Assembly: GCA_047967505.1 (NCBI GenBank)
Contig: CM106538.1
Origin: Dipteris shenzhenensis
Taxonomy: Eukaryota
Direction: 5' to 3' (one strand)
DNA: 64,000 nucleotides
In this document: one piece after another, positions 53,377 to 64,000 of the stretch
Numbering within the stretch: the first letter of the stretch is position 1
Layout: each line of letters opens with the position of its first letter
The notes under the pieces: generated by a model
What the model saw: only the letters and a program-made list of their open reading frames with translations
Databases searched by the model: none
What the model was told of the DNA's origin: nothing
Translations under genes and position numbers: made by a program

Positions 53377-53546
53377 TGTGGGGGTTAAAGGTCATTGTGC
53401 CTTTACCCCGGTTATGTACAATACTCAAACACATATATAAATGAATGAAAAAGAAGATTAGGTGGTTCTGCACCCACCAAAACTTGTGTGGCTCTCTGTT
53501 TCTCTCTCTCCCTCTTCCGTTTTTGCTTCCGTTGAGAGCACTCTCA
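53377..53546 (+). repeat. 5' LTR (TG...CA, 170 bp)
   Basis: Direct repeat of 59132-59300; contains TATATAAA. Confidence 0.92.
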
Positions 53547-53548
53547 AC

Positions 53549-53561
53549 TGGTATCAGAGCC
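53549..53561 (+). promoter_or_regulatory. Primer binding site, tRNA-iMet type
   Basis: TGGTATCAGAGCC located 2 nt after the 5' LTR. Confidence 0.92.
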
Positions 53562-54986
53562 CGGGTGATCTAGCTGAGCGTGTGTGAATGCTTGAAGCTC
53601 AGCAGCTCTGTGGGAGGAAGGAGAAGCTCTGTGGGAAGCTTTGTGGTTGACTTTACTTGCATCCGAGTGTGTAGAGACCTTGGAGGAAGCATTGGAAAAG
53701 TCACTTTGGTTTTGCGAAGTGGTTTTGAGAGCTTGTTAAGTGTTTTCAAAGAAAAAGTCGTTTTTTGAGCTTTTCCCTGTTCCGTTCGATGACAGAGACT
53801 CCGTATTGACTTGTAGAGGCAACTATTGCTTGCTTTTGTTGTCCACTTCACTTCAGGAGCTTGGAAACACTTTCATTCTTGAATCTGGGATCATTTCATT
53901 GGATTTCTGACTCACTGTGTCAGTTCCTACGTTTTTCTGCTCGGGTGTTGGAACTCAAGTTTGGAGCAACCATTTGCAGATCTGTCAGTTCCGGTGGACT
54001 CAGGAGGTCCTAAAACTTCTATGTTGCTCATCATTCGCACTCCGGTGGAGTTTACAAACAGCTCTGTTTCCAAAAGCGTTTTTCAGCCTGTGTGTTGGAC
54101 CCAGTAATTGAGACCACGGTTTCCAAAACCGTCTGTCCCATTGCCCCTACCTATCAGTTCTTGTGCGATTCAGTGGAGTATTTTCAGAGTTATAGATCTC
54201 TGTGTATTCGATTTCGTCTCTCTGTTATGCATTTTTCATTCTAAGGTTTTGAAACCTTAGATTTATGCCACATGACAGTGGATAAGTGTTGACTACCATT
54301 TCTCACTCATCGGTTGGGATTTTGTTCCGATAGAAGAGAGATATTTGCAGATTTTCTTGCTAAGTCCGATTATGCAATGGCGCCCATGTTTTGAGGCATC
54401 TCAGGTTCTATTTTGAATAGCGGTCATTACCGTGGGACCATGATTTCTTGAGCATACCTTATGCAGATCACTCTGGTTGTAGTTTGAGTAGTGTGCGCTC
54501 ATTCGTGGTGTGCATTGGGTTGCAGTGGATGATTTATAGGCCATTTGGATGCATTGCGGTCCTTATTGGATGCGCTGATAGACCAAATTGCCTTGTGGGA
54601 TGCTATTTTATGGATGCTTTGGACATGGATGCTATTTTATGCTGAGGGATAGCTTTGACACATTGCAGGTGATGCATTGATAGTGCTATGCTCTCTTGGA
54701 TGAGATATTATTAATACATATGCCAGTGGACGGTGTTTATGCTTGAGTCATTTGGCACTTATTGGCATTTTGGATTGCCATTGCAGTTGGCATTTTCTTT
54801 TGGGCCAGATTTGCTCATATGGATGCATAGTACATGGACATGAGTCAGCTGCATCTTTTGATGCTTTGAGCTTTGAGTTTTGGTGATATTTCACTCTATT
54901 GTGGCATACACATTTGGGTGCACTTGGTATTTGGCGTGATTCTCTCTTACAGGCACTAGCATTTGGGATTTTGCTTTATTTGCATT

Positions 54987-57900
54987 ATGGCATCCTCTTC
55001 CATGTCTGAAAAGGAGTTTTTCAGCATTAAAAAGTTTGATGGGACAAACTTTTCTTTGTGGAAAGAACAAATAAGGGATGTAATTATTCAAAAGAAGCAG
55101 ATTAAACCCTTGGCAGGGATTGAAGCTAAGCCTGCAAATATGTTTGAGGATGATTGGAATGAGTTGGATGCATTAGCAAAATCTACTATTAGATTTCATC
55201 TTGCAGAGTCAGTTTATTTCACAGTAGTAAATGAGCAGACTAAATGAGCAGACTACAGAAGATTTGTGGAAGAAATTGTGTGCCACTTATGAAAAGAAAA
55301 CTGCCTCTAATAAAGTTTACCTCATGAAGAGGTTGTTTGAGCTGCAGATGAAGGAAGGCTCAAGGAAGGGGTCTCCATTGCTTCTCACTTGAATGAATTC
55401 AATATTATTTTCAGCCAGCTTCACGCTCAGAAGATGAATTTTGATGTGGAGACTAAGGCAATATTTCTCTTATGTTCATTGCCATCCTCATGGGATACCT
55501 TCCGTACAGCTATCAGTAACTCTGCACCTGGTGGAGTACTGAAATTTGATGATGTTGTGGGTAGCTTGTTGGCCGAGGAGATTAGATGGAAGTCTTTGGA
55601 TGGCAACAAGCAAGATGCAGCCTTAAATGTGCAAAGGGGCAGATCACAGTTCAGGGGGAAGTCCCAAGAAAGAGGGAAGTCTCGTAGCAAATCCAGGGCA
55701 CGGAACATTGAGTGTTACCACTGTGGCAAGAAGGGCCATATGAAAAAGGATCAATTGCTACAAGCTGAAAAGAGAGCAAAAGGATAAGAAAAAGAATGCA
55801 AATTGGGGTGCAAATCAAAAGGAAGAGAGTCCAAGGGAGGACAAAGGAAAAGTGAAGATCGAGGAGATCAATGCAGTCACACATGATAGTGACAATGACG
55901 TTCTCTTCATGTCTAGTTTATCTGCAGAGTTGCTTACCACTTCAAATTATGCATATTCCCAAGATTGGATTTTGGATTCTAGTGCTTCATTCCATGTTAC
56001 TCCCCATAGGGAATGGTTCTCCACTTATGATAGTGGAAAGACAGGTTGTGTGCATCTTGGAAATGACTATGCATGTGACATAGTGGGAGTAGGTGACATA
56101 AAGTTTTCTTTTGCAAATGGGTCTGCATTTATTTTGAAACATGTGAGACATGTGCCTAAGTTGACCAAGGGTCTTATTTCAATGGGTCAGCTAGATGATG
56201 CTGGTTTTCACACCACTTTTGGCTTTCAGAGTTGGAAAATTCAGAAGGGCTCTATGCTTTTGGCCAAGGGTGCCAAGTGTGGGACTTTGTATCCCTTACA
56301 TGTATCAGGGGTATTTGATCATGTTGTTGCAATAACCGAGCAGCCAAGCACTTCTTTGTGGCATTACAGGTTGGGGCACATGAGCCAGAATGGAATGAAA
56401 CTCTTATCCCATTTGGGTTATGTACCGCATTTGAGTTTCTCTCATTTTGAATTTTGTGAGCACTGTCTCTATGGGAAGCAGACTAAATCAGCCCATAAAA
56501 GAAGGGGAAAGAAAGAGTTTGAAAAGCTTGATTTGGTGCATTCAGACGTATGTGGTCCCATGCCTACACGGTCATTAGGCAAGGCTGAATACTATGTGAC
56601 ATTCATTGATGATGCAACTAGGAAAGTGTGGGCTTATGCTATAGCTCGGAAGAGTGATGTGTTCCAGGTATTTCAGAAATGTCTGGCCTTGGTTGAGAAT
56701 CAGTCAGGTAGAACGCTTAAATGCCTACGGACTGACAATGGTGGAGAGTATCTCTCTCATGACTTTCAGTATTTCTGTGATACACGTGGGATTAAGAGGG
56801 AGCTCACATCCCCTCATACTCCAGAGCAAAATCCAGTTGCAGAAAAGATGAACCGTACCATTCAAGAAAGGTTGCAATGCATGCTTTCCAATGCAAGTCT
56901 TTCTGGTGGTTTTTGGGCTGAGGCAATGAAGACTGCAGTGCATGTGATCAATAGATCACCTAGTAAGAGTTTGGATGGTGGTATTCCTAAAGAGGCATGG
57001 AGTGGCAAGAAGCCCTCTTACTCTCATTTGCGTATATTTGGGTGTGAGGCATATGTACATGTGTCGAAAGAGCTTCGAAAGAAGCTAGATCCTAAGTCTA
57101 AAAAATGCATCTTTCTGGGTTATGGTGAAAGTGGAGAGATGGGCTATCGTCTCTGGGATCCAGAAGCAGAGAAGATCATACGCAGCCATGATGTAGTCTT
57201 CAATGAGAAGAAGATGCATAAGACACCCTTGAGGGATGTGAAAATGAGGAGAATCACTTTCCAGGATGTGAATCCACTTGCATATGTTGATAGACAGCAA
57301 GCTGTCCATGCACCAAATGTGCAAGAAATGGTACCACCAAGTACTCCCACAGGTATACAATCAAGGGTAGATGATGGATCATCTATTGGTGGAAATGATG
57401 AGCCAAATGTGGCTGATATGCAGGTGGGACAGCAAGCTGAAATGCCCTTGAGAAGATCATCTAGAGTGTCTAGACCACCTGATAGGTTTGTTCCAGGGGT
57501 AGACTATGTGATGCTTACTGATTGCAGGGAGCCTTCTTGCTACAGAGAGGCTATGATGTGCGAGGATCAACACAAGTGGGAGTATGCTATGCAATTAGAG
57601 GTGAGTTCACTTATGAAGAATAAGACTTGGGACTTGGTTTCTTTGCCACATGGAAAGAAAGCATTGCCATGTAAATGGGTCTACAAAATGAAGGTCACAG
57701 GTGATGATGTGCCTAGGTACAAGGCCCGTTTGGTCGCTAAACGGTTCAAGCAAGAGAAGGGTGTGGACTTTGATGAGATATTCTCTCCGGTTGTGAAGAT
57801 GACCACACTTAGATGCATGCTTGGACTAGTGGCATTAGAGGATATGGAGCTTATGCAGATGGATGTCACGACAGCTTTCTTGCATGGGGATTTGCATGAG

Positions 57901-59078
57901 GAAATTTACATGGTGCAGCCGGAAGGCTTTGAAGAAAAGGGCAAAGAGCATTTAGTTTGCAAGCTGAAGAAGAGTCTCTATGGTCTTAAGCAAGCACCTA
58001 GAGAATGGTATCAGAAGCTTGATGCTTTCATTCGGTCCCAGGGTTTTAGAAGGAGTGAAATTGATCACTACCTCTACACTAAAAGGGCTAAGGATAATAG
58101 CCTGATAATCTTGGCACTATATGTGGATGATATGCTATTGGCTAGCAAGAATACTTATGAGCTAGATGCATTAAAGGCCAAGTTGCATGAGGCCTTTGAT
58201 ATGAAGGATTTGGGACTTGCAGGTCATATTCTTGGTATGCGCATCACGCGTGATCGGAGTAAGAAACTCCTTTGGCTTTCACAGAAGGAGTATGTTACAA
58301 AAGTATTGCAGTGTTTCAATATGGAGGGGGGGAAGGCAGTGAGTACTCCATTGCCTCCATATGTGAAACTGAGTCATACAGATAGTCCCAAATCAGATGA
58401 GGAGAGGGCCATGATGGCCAAGGTTCCTTATGCATCAGCGGTTGGAGTCTTATGTATGCTATGATAGCTACTAGACCAGACATTGCATTTGCAGTGGGAG
58501 TTGTTAGCCGGTATATGGCTAATCCAGGAAAGAGGCATTGGGAGGCAGTTAAGTGCATCATGAGGTACCTGAAGGGTACCAAGGAGATGTGCATCTGCTT
58601 TGGTAGAGGAGACATGCGTGTACTTGGGTACACAGATTCAGACTATGCAGGGCATGTGGATAGTAGGAGATCCACTTCTGGTTATGTGTTCACCTTTGCA
58701 GGTGGTGCAGTGTCGTGGATGTCTCATGCACAGAAGTGCGTTGCTTTGTCTAACACAGAGGCTAAGTATGTTGCAGCCACAGAGGGTTGCAAGGAGGCTA
58801 TATGGCTTGATCAGCTAGTGGGAGATTTGGGGACTCATACAGGTGTACCGACATTGCATAGTGATTCTATGAGTGCTATTCAGCTAGCACGGAATCCGGT
58901 CTTTCATGCAAAGACCAAACACATTGAGGTCAGGTACCATTTCATCAGGGAGGTACTTGAGGACAAGCGCATAGAGCTTGTCAAGGTTCATACAGATGAT
59001 AACCCTGCAGATATGCTGACGAAGAGTCTACCTAGTCAGCGGTTTGAGTATTGTCGTGTATTGATGGGCATTGGATAG
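54987..59078 (+). pseudogene. Copia gag-pol polyprotein, frameshifted
   Basis: KFDGTNFSLWK, CYHCGKKGH, WILDSSASFH, GAG-pre-integrase/integrase HSDVCG..RTDNGGEY, RT LYVDD, RH YTDSDYAG..KHIEVRYH..ADMLTK. Frameshifts near 55245, 55360, 55755 and 58450. Confidence 0.95.
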
Positions 59079-59131
59079 TGTGCTCACTGGTTGTTCTCCC
59101 TTAAAGGCACATTGTCCTTTAAGTGGGAGGT

Positions 59132-59300
59132 TGTGGGGGTTAAAGGTCACCGTGCCTTTACCCCAGTTATGTACAATACTCAAACACATATATAAATGAA
59201 TGAAAAAGAAGATTAGGGTGGTTCTGCACCCACCAAAACTTGTGTGGCTCTCTGTTTCTCTCTCTCCCTCTTCCGTTTTTTCTTCCATTGAGAGCATTCA
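59132..59300 (+). repeat. 3' LTR
   Basis: Matches the 5' LTR except about 5 substitutions, 2 small indels and an altered last few bases. Confidence 0.9.
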
Positions 59301-60129
59301 AGGAGTGACACTCATGAAATGTGGGTGAGGTTCAAGCAATGAGTGTGAGTGAGTTATGGGGCGAGGAAAAAGTCAAATAAACAAGGTGGCAAGGGCATGC
59401 CTTCATTTTTCCTTTGCATTTGGTCAACATGACTTCTTTGAACTTGAGGTTAGTGCTAAGTACTATGTTAGTCCCTAACCTTAACCTATTATCATTTATT
59501 GTTAAGTATTGTGTCAATCCCTAACCCTAACTTATTATAAGTTGTTAATGGGGGTTGAAGGAGGGGCGTTGGCCATTTTAGATATGGGGAAAAAAATCCC
59601 AAAGATCCGGAAAAAGAGAGACTTGAGTAGCTAGTAAACCCGAGGGAATAACAATGCTCAAAGTGGAGTCGGCGGTAGTGGGCCTTGGAATGAGGAAGGT
59701 CTATCGTCCAGTGTCTTTTCTAAGGGGAATCAATAGACAGCTAGGTAGCTAGGCGGTGGGTAACGCATCATACACAGAAAGAAACAGGGAGAGTGAGAGA
59801 GAGTGCTGGGAGTGAGTTATCCACAAGTCGATCACGCTCGCAGCCCAACACCCCGCTTTTACACTGCCGTGAGTGAGCTCTTCTTAACGACCCACATATC
59901 AATGGCCACTGCCGTCGCCTAGTTTCGTCTCTCCCTATTCCTCCTCATTATCGCGCGTTATCGTTGTCAATTTGCTCCGGCCCTCCTCCAGCTGGCCCGT
60001 GGACTTCTTCTGCACGGACCAGGGTGGCTGGAGGAGGATGAGGTTAGGGATGAGAGCCGTAAGCACATCTAGCCTGTATGGTTCTACTTATTGAAAGTGA
60101 ATCCTTGAGTTGAGCTTTTCTCCTGCAAG

Positions 60130-61526
60130 ATGATGGTTCATGGGAGCGAGATCTGGATGTCCTCCCTTATCGCCTTGTGCATTCTCTCAGGTAAATCACT
60201 GTCATCTTGTATCCTCATAATCCTTGACTTGGGCATGGGCTTGGTCCATGAAGAAAGGCAGGCACAATTGCACCTAAAGCATAGGATTTCTTTTGTAATA
60301 ATTTGTTGTCCATGGCACGAGGATTCTCTGATTAATCACTGCTAGTCTGACAATGAGAAGCTGTTGATGGTTGCAATGGTGGTTAAAACCCTCGTCACTT
60401 CCTTGCAGGCTTCTCTACCTGCGCAGGTGCCAGTTCGGCCACCGTCGGGATTAATTACGGTATGGTCGCCAACAACCTTCCATCACCTTCTCAGGTAGTG
60501 AGGATCATCCAATCCATTCCAGTCACCAAAGCCAAGATCTTCTCCGCCAACTCCTCGGTACTCCAGGCCTTTGGCAATTCAGGGATCTCGTTTATTGTAG
60601 GCATTGGCAACGAAGACATCGCCAGCCTCACCAATTCCCAATATGCCACCAATTGGATACAAGACAACGTAGCCATATACCTGCCCAGTACACAAATTGT
60701 TGGCTTGGCTGTTGGCAATGAGGTCTTCACTGGCACCGACACGCAGCTCATGGCGAACTTGCTTCCTGCAATGCAGAACCTGCACTCGGCTCTAGCAAGT
60801 TTGAACCTGGACGGTCAAGTTCTTGTTTCTACGCCACATTCGCTGGGTATCCTCTCAAATTCATTTCCTCCATCACAAGGGGTCTTCGTCTCTGCGCTCG
60901 CATCTTCTTACCTTATGCCTCTGTTGGCGTTTCTCTCCCAAACCAACGCACCATTCATGATCAACGCTTATCCCTTCTTTGCCTACAAAGCCAGCCCCAG
61001 TACCGTCTCTTTGCCATATGCCCTCTTTCAATCTAACAATGGAACAACCGACCAAAACACGGGGCTCGTCTATTACAACATGCTGGATGCGCAGGTTGAT
61101 GCAGTGTATTTTGCTCTGCAGGCCTTGGGTTACACGAATGTGGAGGTGATTGTGACAGAGACCGGATGGCCATCCGCTGGCGACCCAGACGAGCCTGGGG
61201 CTACGCTGCAAAACGCTCAGGCCTACAATGGCAATCTGATGCAACGTCTCGCAACCAACAAAGGCACGCCTCGGCGTCCGGACATGCCCCTGGAGGCTTA
61301 CATCTTCGCGTTGTTCAACGAGGATGAAAAGCCGGGCCCAACTTCGGAGCGCAACTATGGGCTCTTCAAGCCTGATGGCACCCAGGCATACAGCCTGGGC
61401 TTGGAGTATCCTCTGCCCTCGACAGTCTACGTCTCTGTTTCTGAATCGGCGCGCCGAGAGGCTCCGGAATTGGTGTTCTGGTGCAATGCTTTGCTTCTTT
61501 CCTTCGGATGTTTCCTGATTTGCTGA
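60130..61526 (+). CDS. Glucan endo-1,3-beta-glucosidase (GH17), ~392 aa, signal peptide, probable GPI anchor; exons 60130-60190 and 60409-61526
   Basis: A phase-1 GT-AG intron (60191-60408) gives MMVHGSEIWMSSLIALCILSGFSTCAGASSATVGINYGMVANNLPSP. Catalytic motifs AVGNE and VTETGWPS, plus NAYPFF and YIFALFNEDEKPGPTSERNYGLF. Hydrophobic C-terminus, no X8 domain. Confidence 0.95.
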
Positions 61527-64000
61527 TGATCTCTATGCGGGAAAACGAATTAATCCATGAAGGAAACTGCTCTGTGCAGCGCAGTCGAAGTCAATTTGTC
61601 CTCGCCGATGAGGAAAACAAGGATCGATGCCTCAACGTCATGTTTGCGCGAGGTAGAGACAGCCATGGATTCATCAGCAAATTGGAAACTATTCAGCTGC
61701 AGTGTGGACTTGTCTGTAGCTCATTCACAATTGTCCCTTATTATTCACGTAGGCGGCTTTCTTCGTTGAATTCTTTCTTAGAATGCAATGAACCCATTTA
61801 TTTGTTCTACGAGTTTTTCTCATATAAAGTCACATTGCCAAAAAATGTCTAGATTCAATGTCACCCCAGCTGTGGCATCTCCCTCGTGAGATACCTTTAT
61901 CTGACATTTCAATTAGGAACCATTTTTAAAAGCAAAGGTCCATGATAAAATTTGCGTGAACATCAACATATACATATATCTTCTTTTCCAAAAGCTCCAT
62001 TCTTATAGATAAAGAAAGTTAGAGCTTAGTATTGAATACTCATTAATACATTTTTCTAATTGAATTGTTTTTCATATATCTCATGCCATCACATACATGT
62101 TCTTAGGAGTTGGGATTCCATCTTTGCACGTCTCTCAAAAGGCATTATATAAAAGCAAAGTGGTAATAGTGCCACCCACTTGATCACCAAATGTTCTAGA
62201 CATTCTCTTTTTAAGACATGCCTTCTTGTTAATGATGTTCAAATAGAGGTCTCATTATTACATTGTTACATTTAGCTTCAGTCAATGTTGTGGCATATTG
62301 ATACGAAAAATGAGTATGTTATACACGATCACTAGTGGGGTCAATTATGTGCTCATGTTCAAATTATGTAAGCAATGGATCATTTGCAATGTAATTAATT
62401 TACTAGGTGCATCTTTTGCAACATGCTTGAAGTTGCTAGATTCATATTTTGTTTATCCTCTACATAACCTATGGATTGCAATAAACAATGATATCAACCA
62501 ATCAAAGAAACAAGTGATGAGATATCTTATCATGATATTAAAACCTTGAGAAAAAACATTAGAGTTGATATTAAAATCTTGAGGAAAAAAAGAAGCTAGT
62601 GATCATAATAAAGTTTGGAGAAAAAAAGAGTTTGAGATGTACCATATGCCATCAGCAAGCTTAAAGTAATGTTATATTTTATAATATCATGTAATCACAC
62701 TTCTTAGGCATATTCTTTAGCGTTAACACATAAACATGATTGTGGCCCATATTACAAAGTGATTGTGGTCACCTAGTAATCAAGTGATTAACTACTAACA
62801 CAAGGGTACTATGGGGAATATAAGCATCTTGCCTATAAAACCATATATGTGTTAAGACAATAAAAAGATCTTTCCAAAAAAATAAAATAAAGTCTATCAT
62901 TGGTAAATAGCTAGCAAGAAATCAAGTTTATCATCATGTATTAGGTTTATCAAATGTAAAACTAGGTAAAGTAAGTTATAAGGGCCATATATTAAAAATA
63001 GAAATTTATTAAAAGAAATAAAGGTGTGATCTAGATGTGGGTAAGTATTCTAAAAATAAATATATTATTGTTATGACACATACTATAGGACAAGCTAGTA
63101 GCCATGCCTTTGGTATAGTAATAGTACACACATCAGACTTGCTCTTAAAGGAAAAGAAACTAATAGATTTGAGGTATCACAAACTAGTGAATCAAATTCT
63201 TGGTGATGAAAAGACATAAACAAATCATTAAGAAATTTTCTCTTCGAAATTATATCCACAAATAATTGGCCTCAACAAGATACCCATAATTATTGGTGTG
63301 GGTCACTTAAGTGTGGATGTCAATGCTTCAAAATTGTGAAAATGAATAGATCACAAGTGTGGATGGATGTGGGCAAAAAGAACTCTCACTATGTTATTTC
63401 ATGTGGACTTATACAAAAGGTAGAGTAAACATGGACAAGTAATCACCTCACAATGGGAGTGTATAAAGGTAGGAATAGTTACCCTTTATAGATGGTGGAG
63501 GATCATTGTGATTACAATGTGGGATCCATGATCCTACACATGGTGCCCCTAGGGTGGCCATGTTTCTCTTGGTAAGCTCTATTGGTGACCTTTGTGCTCC
63601 ACATCATGATGGCACATCCTAAACTCTTGTAGAGTCCACTTTAGTGCCTCTTGGAGTAACCTCATGAGGCTCACACTCATCTAAGGATTTACTTTGATCT
63701 AAGTGTCAACATGTTAGGACCCTTACCTCACCATTAAGAGTATGGTGCATTGTGTTTTGGAATGTGGGGTGGGGGAAAGGTGCATAGTACATGAAAATCC
63801 TATACATCATTCGCATTCGAGGGGATTATTAAGCCCCTTCTTTATAAATCTTAGGCCTTAAAAACAAACCCTTAATTCTTATGGGTCATTGTTTGCTTGG
63901 GTGTAGCCATTTTTGGTGAGGTTCAGGGATTTTTCTGTATATAGTTATATTGCATGACCCATAACTTATGCATTGCTCAACGGAATTCAGCAAACTTTGT

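Larger units (their letters stand above)
53377..59300 (+). mobile_element. Ty1/copia LTR retrotransposon (Tnt1-like), near complete
   Basis: LTRs 53377-53546 and 59132-59300. PBS TGGTATCAGAGCC at 53549. PPT AAGTGGGAGG at 59121-59130. Domain order gag-PR-IN-RT-RH. Confidence 0.96.

Noticed and set aside
59490-59532. CCCTAA telomere-like motifs
   Set aside because: Only a few scattered units.

Overview
Repeat-dense eukaryotic (land-plant) DNA. A large-genome seed-free plant such as a fern is my inference from the TE mix and microsatellite load, not something the sequence proves. There is one clear host gene: a two-exon GH17 beta-1,3-glucanase with a signal peptide and a GPI-type tail (60130-61526). 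The rest is nested, decayed transposons. The main result is a CMC/EnSpm-type DNA transposon family with atypical 5'-CACAA...TTGTG-3' termini and 3-bp TSDs. Its DDE transposase (TnpD-like) and a second intron-containing ORF are arranged head-to-head. Three copies are present: 16124-19989 (TSD CTC) sits inverted inside 14916-23983 (TSD CAA), which in turn splits ORF1 of a near full-length L1-type LINE (10210-24717); a third, partial copy ends at 4222. Other elements: a decayed P-element-like (SDGD / DxxH) transposase at about 36.8-39.4 kb; a canonical CACTA element (40919-47647) carrying a TnpA-like 3' segment at both ends and a ~182-bp tandem array; a 167-bp CACTA-terminated fold-back; a second LINE fragment; Ty3/gypsy gag and RT remnants; a near-complete Ty1/copia element with ~170-bp LTRs; and large GA/CT microsatellite fields. 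All family assignments come from motif recognition by eye; no database search was run.
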